From: Polymyxa betae A26-41
Lineage: Eukaryota > Protista > Endomyxa: Phytomyxea
NCBI GenBank assembly: GCA_003693705.1
Contig: RBZT01000278.1
Span: forward strand, 69,347 to 133,346
Reading direction: 5' to 3'
DNA length: 64,000 nt
The notes beneath the pieces were generated by a model. The model did no database searches. It saw only the letters and a list, made by a program, of their open reading frames with translations, and was not told the DNA's origin. This document shows positions 42,301-55,652 of this stretch, one piece after another (the first letter of the stretch is position 1; every line of letters begins with the position of its first letter). The position numbers were made by a program, and so were the translations under genes.

Positions 42301-42801
42301 AGTAATACGTATTCCCTGGGGTCCGTTTTTGGACAATTCACTCCCTTCGTCGTCTTCACTTGCGCTGGTTGATGTCGCGACATTTTTCGGCAGCAAAAAG
42401 TATATTAATCTAGGCCCTATCTGCATGATAATAAATAAGAATCGTTGAAGTCTAAATAGAATCCGACTTGAATGAGGGTTCTACTTCTTAGTTGAGCAGG
42501 AGGATTTGATGGGCCGACAAATTCGCCATCAACAAAAACGCCGTTCTTTGACATGCAAGACAGTTCAAACGCCTGCTTGGGCCGATTAAATTGTATACGG
42601 GCGTGGCATCTCGAACTATAATCGACTTAAATTCGCCCGATAACATTGCGATATAAAAACGAACATGTTCTTATGCTCGCCCAGAACGATGTCAGCAGAT
42701 CCGGCATGACGACCGAGCGTGACGTTGTCAGTCGTCATATAATACACAAAATTGTTGTCGCCGAGCAGCTTGGCGAAGGCGACGACCTCATTCGATGTCA
42801 T
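39340..42801 (-). CDS. FHA-domain protein fused to CHD6-9/Kismet-like C-terminal modules, no ATPase
   Basis: FHA: AFAKLLG...VTLGR...SRCHARIQFN...SKNGVFVDG...IQIG; CHD-type motifs HWDTQEDLDLCIGIYRHGFGEFNAILNDESLCF, WPQHLALIGRLKRIL, WTRKDQAAFQRGIIAQG, HWTPVMDYALLQAVVKYG..DADLPF; acidic tail. Confidence 0.8.
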
Positions 42802-44258
42802 GATTGTGACAAATCTGTGTAGGAATTCGGAGGCGGGACTGGGCCAGAAGCTGGAGGTAGCGTATATAAGGAGTGGCCTTTGCTGCGGTGCTTGCGTCCT
42901 GCCACTCTGCGAGAATCCATCTGGATCGGATCGGCGCATGTTAGGTGTTCGGATGAACCGCTTCCTATGCCTGTTTCTTGTAGCGCTCAATCCGCCCTGC
43001 AGAATGCTCTACCGTTGAGCAGCAGTTGAGTGTCACGAGCCCTGCAATGAGCGTTGGTTTTTTATCGAACTTCACATTGTCATGTATTGACTCTGGAGGT
43101 TCAACTTCCCTGCCGCTTTTGAAACTCTTATTTGACCGTGGTTAAGCTGCTCCTTCAGAAAAACAAACGGTGGGCATGTACTACCTACAGCATTGTTAAT
43201 CGGTGCAGTAGTTCTAAACAGTCCAATTTTGTTTAGATGATGCCAGCTTCGAATGTCCAACATTCAAAAAAACTGTCGGCGATGACAATTTTGTTATACG
43301 TGTATCTTCCTCAGCATAAAAGAATGACTATGTAAACTATACAGAGCTATCTGTTTAAATGCAAAAACTCACGAATCCGTGCCCGACAGCACCTGTTGCG
43401 GATGAGAATGCAATGTTAATTAAACCTTCGTTTCGAATTTATATCACACACGTCGACTTGATTCCAGCAGATCTGCAACTAAAGAATGTGATTGTGGAGT
43501 CAATTCTGATTGTTATAGAACCCCCGACATATGGCAGACTCAATAGAGGATCTTGCATTCTGCAATTAAAATCTTTATTTAATTGATGTGAAAATCGTTA
43601 GAATTCAATGCTCTGATTATTGTACTTGAAATGAGATTTAGGATTTAACACAGCTTCTCGAGCTGAATTCTTCCCATATTCGACATTTTCGACATTGATG
43701 GTAGCTGTTATTTATGAAACATAATCATTAGTCTGGCTGTCGATGTTGACCCCAAGACACGAAGCTAAGTAAAGCCTTAAGTAGATGCTTTCTGCATTCC
43801 CAGTTTAACAAAAGCAGCTTCAAATAATAACGCAAGAGCAGGGAGTTCAACCTTGTTTTCGACTTGAAAGTGAAACTGGAGATGTCGCTGTTACAGAAAT
43901 AATTCTATTTTGATTGATAGCATCATTTCAAATGTCTCGTTAGATTTAGATAGATATATATGCCCATTCTTCGGGACCAAATTGCGTCTTCCATGCGATT
44001 TCGTTGCCAGCTGAGTTGTTTGATGGATAAATGGATCCCATATTAGACCTGTTTGGAATGTTTCGTTCTTGTCAAATTTGCTGAAGCCAGTTGTCGTATG
44101 ATTCCTTTTAGTTACAGATGAAACCTCAGATTGCCCACCGATTATTACTGCACGATACCTAATCTGGAACGAATAGTTTCATTGGACGATGTTAGGTTGA
44201 TAGTCAGTTAGTGCAAAGCCAAAACCCTGATATTATTGCCTGTTGCACTTGAGCATTC

Positions 44259-45290
44259 ATGACTTGTACCTATTATATGCAGTACAGTTATGTTACCATA
44301 GGGACCTCACGGGTCGATTCTCTTACTACCTACAACACACTTCTCATTCGTCTTATCTTCATCATGATATGCCCATCGATACTTTTCCCAACACAGCCAA
44401 GAATATCCAGACCTGTCGACGTCCAGCATACGACCCATGTATCCTACGACCCAATTACCAGAGAGTATCGGGGCCTGCCTGGGCAATGGCGAGCCGAACT
44501 CAATCGGCAATTTGGGTTTGACCCCAGAACTGGTACCTTACCTTTAGACGTCGCTTTCAAACTCAAGAGTGATAGTTGAAACGGAAATGTTGCCGGAATA
44601 TGGAGCCGGTATTCCAACGGTTCTGTTAAAAATGAAAAGGTTCTTGTTGGACAATAATGCATTACAGACCGAAGGTATGCCTTTAACATAATTGTAACTG
44701 ATGTACAATTTACCAGAAGATAGGGATATTCAGATTAGCCCCTGGACCGTCAGTATGTGATCAAGCGAAAGAAGTACTTGATTCTGGAAGCATTATAGGA
44801 ATAGATGTTGACGTGGTGGTGATAGCTAACTTGATTAAAATTTATTTTAGAGAATTACCAAGTCGTATTTTACATTTTGGTTTGAGAGAAGACGTATGTA
44901 TTGTCGTTATTCAGTTTTGATACAATAGTTTCTAAATGTCCCATCTTAGATTTCGCGATGCCAAAATATTGCTGATTACAATGCTGTTGTCGATTCTCTA
45001 TCTGAGCCTTCCAGATCCTTATTGATGTGGCTGGTTGATTTGGCTGCACTATTTGCTCTTTTTCAGGATGACAACAAGTGAGGTTTTGAAATGAAAGCCT
45101 CGATCCTGCTTCTCACAGCTGCTCTTGCAGAATGTCACCGAGAAATTTCAGCATTGTCTTAGCACCGAATCTTTTTTCTAACCCAGACGACTTGGACTCC
45201 ATGTCCTCGTTGTACTTTTCTCAGAAAGTGGCCACATTCTTGGAGCAGCTGATAGAAGATCGCGCTCATCGAATGCGGAGAATAGCATGA
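44259..45290 (+). CDS. CRIB-containing RhoGAP (RopGAP-like architecture)
   Basis: CRIB ISRPVDVQHTTHVSYD...GLP; GAP IPTVLLKMK...EGIFRLAP (Arg finger), IANLIKILFRELP, NKMSPRNFSIVLAPNLF; start uncertain (may extend to ~44031). Confidence 0.85.
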
Positions 45291-45434
45291 GTATCTCTGC
45301 ACATTTGGCTCCGAACGTATAGCATCCATTGCTATGGTCTGCCTTCCGTTAGGCTTCGCTGCTGCACCAAACCATATATTTACAGCTGTGTTATTTAACT
45401 AAACTTTTTATTGAGCTCAACAGTCATTTTCAAT

Positions 45435-46612
45435 TCATCTGTTGACTGAAAGTGAGCCAGGCCTAAACTGTCGATTTCTCTGACTTTTTAGCGAATAGAG
45501 GAACTGATTGCTTGCAGCAATAGCTCCTCTGGTACTTTCATTACTGATCTGCTGACGCTTTGTCTCGATTTTCTGAAGTCAATGTTAGATCGTTTAAACT
45601 GAAAACAATCGGTGCTTACCTTCAGCTTGCTCTGATCTCTTTCTATCCGCCCGATTAACTCATTCCATGCTCGGGTTTCACTGGCGTCCAATTCAAACAG
45701 TAAAGGAGATTTATAGGCGCTGGCAGATGACCCGCATATCTGCATACTGCTATCTGTTTGATCTTCTCCATTTCTATCAGCAATTAACACATCACTTGTT
45801 GTGATCGGCAACGACATTGACGTCGCCGTCGAATGTCCTGTCTTGCTTGAAATGTCTGTTGGGATGATATTCTCTCCAGAGATCTTCAACATATCGTCTT
45901 GGTGGCGATCGTTAGCGTGGCTCCTGACATCCTTTTTGCTGATAGGTTTCGCATTCCAGCTTGGATCGTTCATCAACAATAACATGGCGTTCTTCTGACG
46001 CAACTGTGCGATCTCATTTGCCTTGGCGATCACTTCATTCTGAAACGATTCCACCAGTTTCCGTAAGCGCTTAATCGTAGAACCTTGCTCGTCTCCTTCG
46101 CCGGCCGGTTTGCCTCTCGTCTTGCCAGAGCGCGCCTCAGAACGTGTCGACGACATCGGTTCCAGAAAGCGACCCGGTTTTGTCGATTCGGTTTTGGCGA
46201 CGTCTAGTTTGGGCACTTTCACAGCAACGAAATATCTCTGTTGAGGTTTTACACCAGAGCTGATATCTAAAATTTCAGGCCCTGCTGGATGGCTTTGAAT
46301 GACGTTCATGATTCGGTCAAGCTTCGATTCCGAATCGGAGAGCTTCAGCTTCAGGTCGGCGACTTCCTGTCGCAAATTGGCGTTCTCTTTCGAGATCTTC
46401 CGCAAGGCGCGTTGCGATTCGGATGTCGACGTCGCGGCTGGCTTTCGTGACAGCTGAATAGATTTGATTTGCTGCGGATTGTCGCGATCAGGCTGTACGA
46501 CGGGGGTGTTGATTGGCGATGAAGTCGCGGATGAAGTTTCCCATGGATCTGGTGATGGAGAAAGCCCTCTCTGTAGATCACGATCTGGTAGCCGGATCGT
46601 ATGATGCAACAT
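45435..46612 (-). CDS. Hypothetical coiled-coil protein
   Basis: 374-aa ORF with two coiled coils; probable terminal intron at AAG|gtaagc giving a stop at 45435. Confidence 0.65.
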
Positions 46613-47069
46613 GTATAAAGTGAACGCCAGACGGCTCGATAGGAGTCGTACGTTGCGATTCCGATCCTGTCCAGATTTCCTCCATGTACCTTTGCGAAAT
46701 TTTTATCACGAATAACTACTGTAATAAGTTCTGAAACTACTTTCTCGTTCTCGATGATATGTTCTAATCATGTACAGTATTCAGAAAATGCCATATTTTC
46801 TATACACGATTATTTAGAAAACTCTTTCCGCTCCACATTAGGCTCAAATGGACTGTTATCGAGTCATTCGCCCAAGTTTACAAATGCAAAAAACTCAGTT
46901 TGATAAACTTCTCGAATCCGTGAACAATGATCATGTCTTATTTTTTAAAATGTGTGAGAATTAAGCATCCAAAACCGGGACAGAAACATGTCCGAAAGAA
47001 GGCGAGTTCGCAGCGAAAATTTCCACTGCGAATTTCGCTGATTAAAGCGGGATTGCGTCCCGACAGGCG

Positions 47070-47919
47070 ATGACGTCCGATAGGCCCAAGATGCAGGCCT
47101 TAACAAGGCGCCAGGCCCAGGACTTGATTCGCTTCATGCAGTCGTCTGGATTTGATGAGGCTCGTCATGCGTTCGTTGCGGTCGTGAATGGACATCACCT
47201 TTTTGATTGGTCGCAGGCTGGAGCGCGAATCGCGAGCCTATTTTGATAGCGCCTATTTCGTGTCGCTCGTTGAATCAGGGCGGATGCAGCAGCTACTGAT
47301 GGCCGATCAATATCTGTCAGCGATCGTTTCGATGTGTGCTCGACCGGCCTTGCTGCTTTCCTATCAGCTTCGCGTCCATATTTATCTTCTACATTTGCAA
47401 AGGTGAACGTGCTCGACATTCGATCTCTCTTTCTGAAAACTCTGTTCTAGGTAATAAAGCGAATGCTTTCGACGTTTTTTGATGATGCATTTTCAGCGGC
47501 GATACGACAACGGCGAGAGAATTTCTGCAGAACATTGCCGTGAATACGATTCGTTTTCACGATTCATTGTTTGGTACCGATTCAAACAGTGCAATTCAGG
47601 GACTTTCTTCAACAACGTGAAACAATCGAAAAAATTTGTTGAAATTTGACTGAGAAATTGACGATAGGACGAAAGATGCAGTGACATTGGTTCCATTGCA
47701 TTTCGAGATGTTGAAAGAACTAACGAGACGAACCGCTGCAGCGATCGTCGAGCCGGATGATGATTATATCAAGGTAATCCAGTGTTAGGGATTCTGCAAT
47801 CTGTTAGTAATGGATTTCAGGTAATGTCAGAAGGTTCTGATAGTGCCATGATGGATTCGAGATCAGATCGCGATTCAATTCGCCAGTTCCGAGGTGCCAG
47901 GAAGAATTCTTCACAATAG
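47070..47919 (+). CDS. Short LisH-CTLH protein resembling the TOPLESS N-terminal domain; 3' structure unresolved
   Basis: DLIRFMQSSGFDEARHA|LERESRAYFDSAYFVSLVESG...ADQYL...LSYQLRVHIYL aligns with LisH-CTLH consensus. Confidence 0.55.
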
Positions 47920-48223
47920 GCAGACACATTAAATAAATTTCCAGTGTCCTATCAGAATTTTTGAAATCTTGTCGATTAGCTCAGCATCATCTATCATGTA
48001 AAGTTACAACAGTCGCTCGAAGATAGAAAATCGGGAATGAGCTGAAGCAGACAACGAAAAATTCTAAAAAAAAAATCTCAAATACAGTAGCAGAAGGATA
48101 AAAAGTTGGGAGGCCGCTCTCTCTGTTGTCTTATCTGCGCCTTTATCTCGAAGTCTCAACTGATCTTATAACCTACTTTTCTTTCATTGTCTGAAGTGAT
48201 CTTCTTCGTCGCTGCCAATCATC

Positions 48224-49706
48224 ATGTCCGAGGATCGACGTGTGTCTGCTGTCAATAAGTATCGGCGTAAAGTGTTAGAGCACAGGAATATGGAGACTCG
48301 TGTTAAGAAACGTACTTACTCCCTGGCATTTTAGTCCCTATGCTATTATTGGCTTATATATATTCTAGTTAGGGACGATCTCCGAAAACAAAATGCAGAA
48401 TTTGACAAAACCGAAGATGATCTCAAAGCCATTCAAAATGTCGGCCAGATTATCGGAGAAGTGCTCAAGCAGCTAACCGAAGACAAATGTAAAAACGTTT
48501 CAGACTCGTTGTTTTAGTGATATTTATTGCTGCTTCTACAGTTATTGTGAAGGCGCTTAGCGGTCCCAGATATGTTGTCGGCTGTCGTACTGCTGTCGAT
48601 AAAGCCAAGCTGACTTCAGGAGTTCGTGTTGCTTTAGATATGACCACATTAACTATTATGCGAATGCTGCCTCGTGAGGTCGATCCTGCCGTTTTTAACA
48701 TGTTAAACGAAGATCCCGGAAATATTTCCTATAATGACGTCGGAGGGCTAAACCAACAGATTCGCGAACTTCGTGAAGGTTTGTCACTGTTTGCTCGCTT
48801 CAATATCTTTGTAATTATGCTCTTAGTTATTGAACTTCCATTAATCAATCCAGATCTGTTTATTCGTGTTGGCATTAAGCCGCCGAAGGGAGTTTTGCTT
48901 TATGGTCCGCCTGGAACGGGAAAGACCCTTTTGGCACGATGCATGGCTAAAAATATCGAGTCCAGTTTCATTAAAGTTGTTGCATCGGCTATCGTTGATA
49001 AGTATATTGGAGAAAGTGCTCGTGTAATTCGAGAGATGTTCGCCTATGCTCGTGCTCATGAACCCTGCATTATCTTTATGGATGAAATCGACGCTATCGG
49101 TGGTCGTCGTTTCTCTGAAGGAACCAGTGCAGATCGAGAAATCCAGCGAACTTTGATGGAGGTACATTCACGAGATGGGATATGCTCAGTCGTTGAACTG
49201 ACGATTTTTTTCTAGCTGCTGAACCAGTTGGATGGTTTCGATTCTCTTGGAAAAGTCAAAATGATTATGGCTACGAACCGTCCTGATTGTCTCGATCCTG
49301 CCTTGCTTCGTCCTGGTAATATCTTTATCCTTGCATTGCCCATGTGGTTCACAATCAGTTCAGGTCGCCTGGATCGAAAGATTGAAATACCATTGCCTAA
49401 TGAACAACAACGTTTGGACATTTTGAGAATTCATTCGGCTAAAGTTGCTAAGCACGGCGACATCGATTTCGAAGCTGTCATCAAGCTTACAGACGGCTTT
49501 AACGGTGCTGATCTCAGAAATGTCTGCACAGAAGCAGGTTTGTATCCTATGAGATTGACGATGTCTTTATAACCCGACGCTTCTCAGGATTATTTGCTAT
49601 TCGAGGAGACCGAGACTATGTAACTCAGGAGGATTTCATGAAGGCGGCTCGTAAAGTCGGTGATAGCAAGAAACTGGAAAGCCATTTGTCGTATGAAGCT
49701 GTCTAA
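48224..49706 (+). CDS. PSMC6: 26S proteasome AAA-ATPase subunit Rpt4 (S10B)
   Basis: [88 protein letters not shown]. Confidence 0.98.
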
Positions 49707-50131
49707 ACTAAAAACTTATGGATTTCATCCATGTTATTTACCGACTCAAATTTGTATCTGTCTAATGCAATACGGTGAAGGCATTTATAATTGCACGATC
49801 CATAACGGAGTTGCTACCAATCCATTTTTGAACCATGCATACTTTTTTAACCTGATTCGAATGCAGCATTCAGAATTCTTCAAAGAATCATCTGGATAGA
49901 TTGATGTCTAGGTGTCAATCCACAGCTCATGCATAACAACTGATAAATGATATCCAACTTCGCCAGTCTAGCCATACAATTTAGTGAAAGCAATTACAGC
50001 CAAGATGTTGATTTTTGTCAGTCTAATGAAACGAAGAGCGTCGTCTCGGCTTCGTACGGTTCAGTATATTGATCAACCAAGAGCAGACATTCTATATTAA
50101 AATCGCTAAGGTTGAAATCATCCTTGCAAGA

Positions 50132-53100
50132 TCACAGATGGTTCTCCTTATCGTACGGTGGCACTGATCTATCGGTTCTTGGTCGTTGCAAGTCATTTTT
50201 TGCAAAACTTGATTGATCACGCTGAGCGCTACTAAGTTGAGAAATCAGCATCTGAAGAACGAACAGAGCGTTACAATACCAGTTGGGGCAGGTGTTTTTA
50301 ATCAAGGCATACTCTTTAAATTTCTGGAATATGTCACCAAAACAGAGGATACTGACTATAGTCTTTCCTTACCTGCATAATCTTATTCACTTTTTTGTCG
50401 TTGTTTTTCTGCACTAAAACCAGCTTTTGGTTCGCATTTTCCAAAGCCTCAGTCTTAATTTGAACTTCATCCTTTAACTGGACGAGCTCTTTACGCAACT
50501 CATGCACTATCGGGTGTTAATAGAGGGCGAATTTTGTGCTAGAATGATACAGACCAGCAGTTGGATCACTAGCAGATGAATGGACGTTTGTGAAATCGTG
50601 AACAAGTTGCTGGTTTTCGTGAGAGAGTCGAGAGACTTTTTCTTCCAGTGAAGCATTACGTCTAGCTAACGCCGTTTCCCGAGCTTCTAATGCTTGCAAG
50701 TTGGATAAAACCTGATTCAATTCGTCGGTAAGTTGAGAGCACTTTTGTACGCGTGCGGCATTCTTGGCGCGTAAATCTGTAGATTCCTAATGACAACTTT
50801 ACAACTATGACTATAACTGAAATTACAATGAAACCTTTTGTGCCGTTTCCAATTGCAATTGAGCTGAGCGCATCTCTTCACTCTGATCTTCATATTGCTT
50901 AGTCAATGACGATAGCTGATGCATAGCAGATTTGAGCTCAACCTAGATAACCAGTTTAAACAAGAGCATAATAATGATTTCAATGACCTCAGTCTGCTGA
51001 AGCGAGGATTGCAACTGGTTAACTTCCGAGTGAAGTGAACATTCAATATTGGATAATTTCTTCAATTCAGATTTCTCGTCATTTGATGACCTAAGAAGAT
51101 TATCATAGCTATTTTGAATTTGATTATTCTGCTGCTGTAAGTTAGACAATTGCACCATAAGGTCTACGGCAATTAGGCAACAAATCGCGACAAACGAAAC
51201 CTGGATCATACCTTTGTTGAGTTCTTCTTCTCTTCTGATCTTATCCTGCAACTGAAATGATTCCTCTTTGAGGCGGAAGTGAGCCTAATCGAGATTTATA
51301 TTGGAAATCATATGATGAGGAAAGACAAATAAATCACCTGAACAGCGTTTTCTTCGGCGTCGTTGCGGCTAGACTCAGCAGTTTGCAACTTTTTCGTGAC
51401 AGAATCAAGTTCCTATGAATACATTTATCGGCAAGGCAACTGCAGCCGAACCTCCACTGATACCTGGCGCAATCTGCCGAGTTCTTCACAGCTTTCAGAA
51501 AACCTTTTCTGATCTGACTCGTAAACAGCTCGCAAGGAATCCAGTTCTTCACGCAACGATCGTATACAGTTTTCAGAGTACTCCTGTTCCTGTTTTGCTG
51601 CCGATGCTTGGTTCCGTGCAGCGTTTAATTCAAATTCACAGCGCTCCTGAATCAAACTTTTAACGGAAAACAAAAAACGGTACTGACAAGTAATACCAGC
51701 TGGGCTTGCGTAATGTTGAGCTGTTCTGTGAGCTCATTGAGCTGCCGACGATGGTCTCCTATTTGCTGCTTTGAACGTTCTTCTGCAGCTTTGAACTCTT
51801 TAACTTGTTTTTGTAGTGCAATCAAGGATTCAGAGGCGTTGCGCGCAGCTGCGACTTCCTATAAACAATGACCAGACAAATTTCAGCATATCGGTCGTTT
51901 TTACATTCTCTCTGCTTGATATTTGTCTTTCCATCGTTTTCAAATTACGTTCCGTTGCCGCTCGCTGATTCTTTAGGTCAATTATTTCCTTTTTAGAGTG
52001 CATCGATAGTTCCTCCATCGAGCGAATCTTCGATTTAAGGCGATCGATCTCAGACTCTGACCGTTTCAGTGCCTTTTCATTTGCAGAACGGAAATACTGT
52101 TCTTGCTTAGAGGCAGAGAGAGAAGCGATCTGATTACGACGTCAAGGAAACAAACAAATATTGAACAAGCGAGCAAACCTGGGCGTATTGCTGCTTAGCT
52201 TCAACCAATTCATGAGCCAGAGATTCTTTCTCCTCTTGAATCTTATCAAGTGATTCACTTAGTTCAGTTATTCGGTCTTGCATGGACGATTCTATCGACA
52301 TAAGCTGATCTCGTAAGCTATCACGTACTTCCTCAAGAGATGACAATTTCTCATCGGACTCCTATCATAGAGAGTAACTTTCAGAAATGAAGATATTAGT
52401 CCTGCAAACCTTGTGCGAAACTTCGATTTGTTGCTGGCGATCGAGAAGCAACTGTTCTGAACTTTCTAAGCGATTTTGCATTAAAGTTAATTGTTGGCTA
52501 CAATGGGCTTCAATATCGAAGCGCTTTTTTTGTTCTGATTCAATGTCGCATCGCGCTTTCTACAAATATTTAACAAGAAGAAAATCGGAAGTACCGCTCT
52601 TCAAACCTCTAATTCCTGAACAAGCTTGGAGACCTGTTCTTCAAGGACAAGTTTGTGTTCAGTTAGTTCCTGCTCGGATTTGTTTGATTTTGCGATTTCC
52701 GCAGCCATTTTGCTGTTTTCTTTTGAGGCCTATTTCAAACCATCAGGAACAATAAACATGATGCCAAGATTTATACAGTTTCAAGCCTGTCTGAAAGACT
52801 TGTTTGTATCTGTGAGGCGGCCTGGCGTTCCTGAAAAATCTTTTCTTGTAAAGCTTCGAGTTGACTTCGAGTTTTTTTGACCTCAAATTCCGACATCTGC
52901 AAGTTGGTTTCGGCTCGAGCACATCTAAACCAATCAGATTCTAGGTGCTGATATCAGTCCAAAGAGTTACCTATCGCGAATGGACTGGTTCTCCTTTTTT
53001 AAAAACTCCAGTTCTTTCAAAGTACTTTCATCAGGAACGGACTTCTCATTGTTCTGGAGCTGTTTCGCCGGCACCACGTCTTCTATTAGTGATGAAACTT

Positions 53101-55297
53101 GGACATCATCATCATTTGACACATCCTAAAAACTGGTAAGCGTAAATGGGTAGTAAACAGAAGTGGAAAAGCTAACATGCTGATGCTCTAAAACAGGCTC
53201 AAGGCTGCGTTTCATGGCACTGAAATCCTGCCGGAAAGGCGCCTGAAACATCGCAGCGTTTTGGATACTGAATGACGCTATATTGACGGTTTCAGCAACG
53301 GTCTAAAGAGCTAAACGATATTAAGTACCTGGGTCTACTGTGCGACGCCGGCGAATAGCAGATCGTTTCAAATCTTGTTTGCTCACAGAATTTGCTGTAA
53401 TGGAAGTTTGCTAAAAACTACTTAGAAGTATGTGTGAAATCAAAAAGTCAACGTACCTCGACGTTCACGTCCAGATTATTGGCATGAATGAACAGTTTGC
53501 GAAGACGCTCGAATTGAAATTGAGCCTCTTCCAGCTGACGGGTTTTGTCTTCACATTGCAGTCTCAAATCATATGACTCATCGGATCGACGAAGCCGAGA
53601 CTTCAAGCTTGCAATTTCTTTCTGTAGGCGATGGATTTGGGTCTGTTCATCGACAATCTGGAACCGAGATTTTAGGATAATCACTAGCAATTCAAGATAC
53701 AAATGTACCTCGTTTTTCTTGACCATGTTCTGGATAGTCTTAGCTCGAGATGCAAACTGAATCGTCGATATGGTTTCATCAATGTGAACAGACGCGGGCG
53801 TGACGGCACAAACAATGACAGTAAAGGAATTCCCTCCAAGAGCGGAAGCCAGAATCCTTTCAATATTATCAACCTGATGACAATGAACGTGCTATACTAC
53901 CTTGTTAGTTTCGAATCTCGAAAAGGAATGTGCCGGCTGGAATTTCCTTCACTTAACAGTCGGATACATTTTCCCAACGTCAGCAGAGACTTATTGATGT
54001 GCCCTTAATTGCAGTCATCATCAGAAAACGGGAGCAATCAAAAGGAATGAAAACAAAGAGAGACTTAGAGAATGTGAAAACCTGATGAAAATACACTGCC
54101 TAAGATTATAGAAGAATTGAACGTACCTCCTTCCTTCAGTCGCAAACCGGTCGCGCCTGTAGTTGAGACCCGTTCACTTCCTGCTAAATCGACCAAATTC
54201 AGAGAAGCAATCTGCACGCCTCCATCGACCTGGAATAAACGGTTTTCAGAAGCAACGAGAGATCAAGTGGATCAGTAACCTGATCCAGAGACTGTCCTTC
54301 GCGTTGTCGTTCGCGACTTTCAATAGCTAATCTGAAGATTGAGTGTGATCTCGAACTTTCTTCGTTCATATTTGTAGCAGCGGTTTGACGGCTTGCTTCA
54401 ATCAACATCAACAAAAAACATTTCGGGCTAAACAACAGCTACCTTGGCCCTTTAGAAGAAGGCCCATAACCTCAGCAGGAGATCTGAAACAGTAGTCTTT
54501 CAAATTTGATGGCTTGAATGATGAATTCTTACCTGACATTAACTTCTGTGAGCCGGCCTACTATGATATTGCCATCGGCGTTCTCTTGAATCTTTAGGTT
54601 TGTGTTATCAGGGTTCAGTAAATCCCGAATGACTTCGTTGCTGCATAAACCATTGGTCAATGGCTCTCAGATGCCGTAATGAACCCTACTATATCTCAAG
54701 ATGGGAGACTCGTAGCAGAAATTCCCGATCTTCATGCTACCTTGCAGCTTAGCATCATTCATAGCAAACCCTATGATTGCCCAACCTCTTGAATAAATTG
54801 GAAAATATCTGATAAAGCGAACGGAATGATTCCTGGCGATTCGCGCGTCCCCATCATGGTATGGGTCTTTCCAGACGATGTCTGTCCATAGGCAAAAATA
54901 GTCCCATTAATACCTGAAGCAAGAATATGAAATATGTCGTCTTGTTCTAGTCAGTAAGCTACCTTGCATCGAGGCATTTACTACTGAAGCTGCAATAGTC
55001 TGATAAACAGATTCTGTCGTTTGAGTTTCGTCGAAAACATGGTCGAAAGCATATTGATGCTGAGAGTTCACTTCGTCTGTTCTAATTCCAGAGTAATTGT
55101 CGATAATTTAGAAACAATCTGGCAGCCTACCGTTCTATTATCTTGCCATCAGTGACACGCCAGGCCTGGCGTGCTCCCATGAGCCGTTCGCGTTCGTTCA
55201 AAGGACGAGCTCTGATGGCGACTCGAACCGATTCATGACGAACATCAACATCGTTGACGAACAAATTGGCAGATGTCGGAGTCTGTCCATCAGACAT
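50132..55297 (-). CDS. CENPE: Kinesin-7 (CENP-E-like) motor with long coiled-coil tail
   Basis: [79 protein letters not shown]. Confidence 0.9.
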
Positions 55298-55652
55298 GAC
55301 TGTCAATAATGTGATAGAATGATGCAAAATTACTGGAAAGCAATTTGAATATCGCGCGGAGCCCGCCTTCTAAGAGTAACGAACCCTGATAACACTGCAA
55401 TCCTGCCAAAAAAACCTCTCTATAAAGTACAAGACCACACATTTCCTTTCATAATTAATGATAGTTTTATGAATTCTGCAGAATCCGTTGTTGCCATAAT
55501 TGACAATACTGTAAGAGCAATGCTATGCTCTTGGGCGTTTGGATCTTTATATTCGGTGGAAGTTCTTGCTTCTACTTCATGACTGATTCAGAATTGGTTA
55601 GCTCTCGGCTTGGGGATAACTAATAAACGTGAATTCTTTAATATTAGATATG

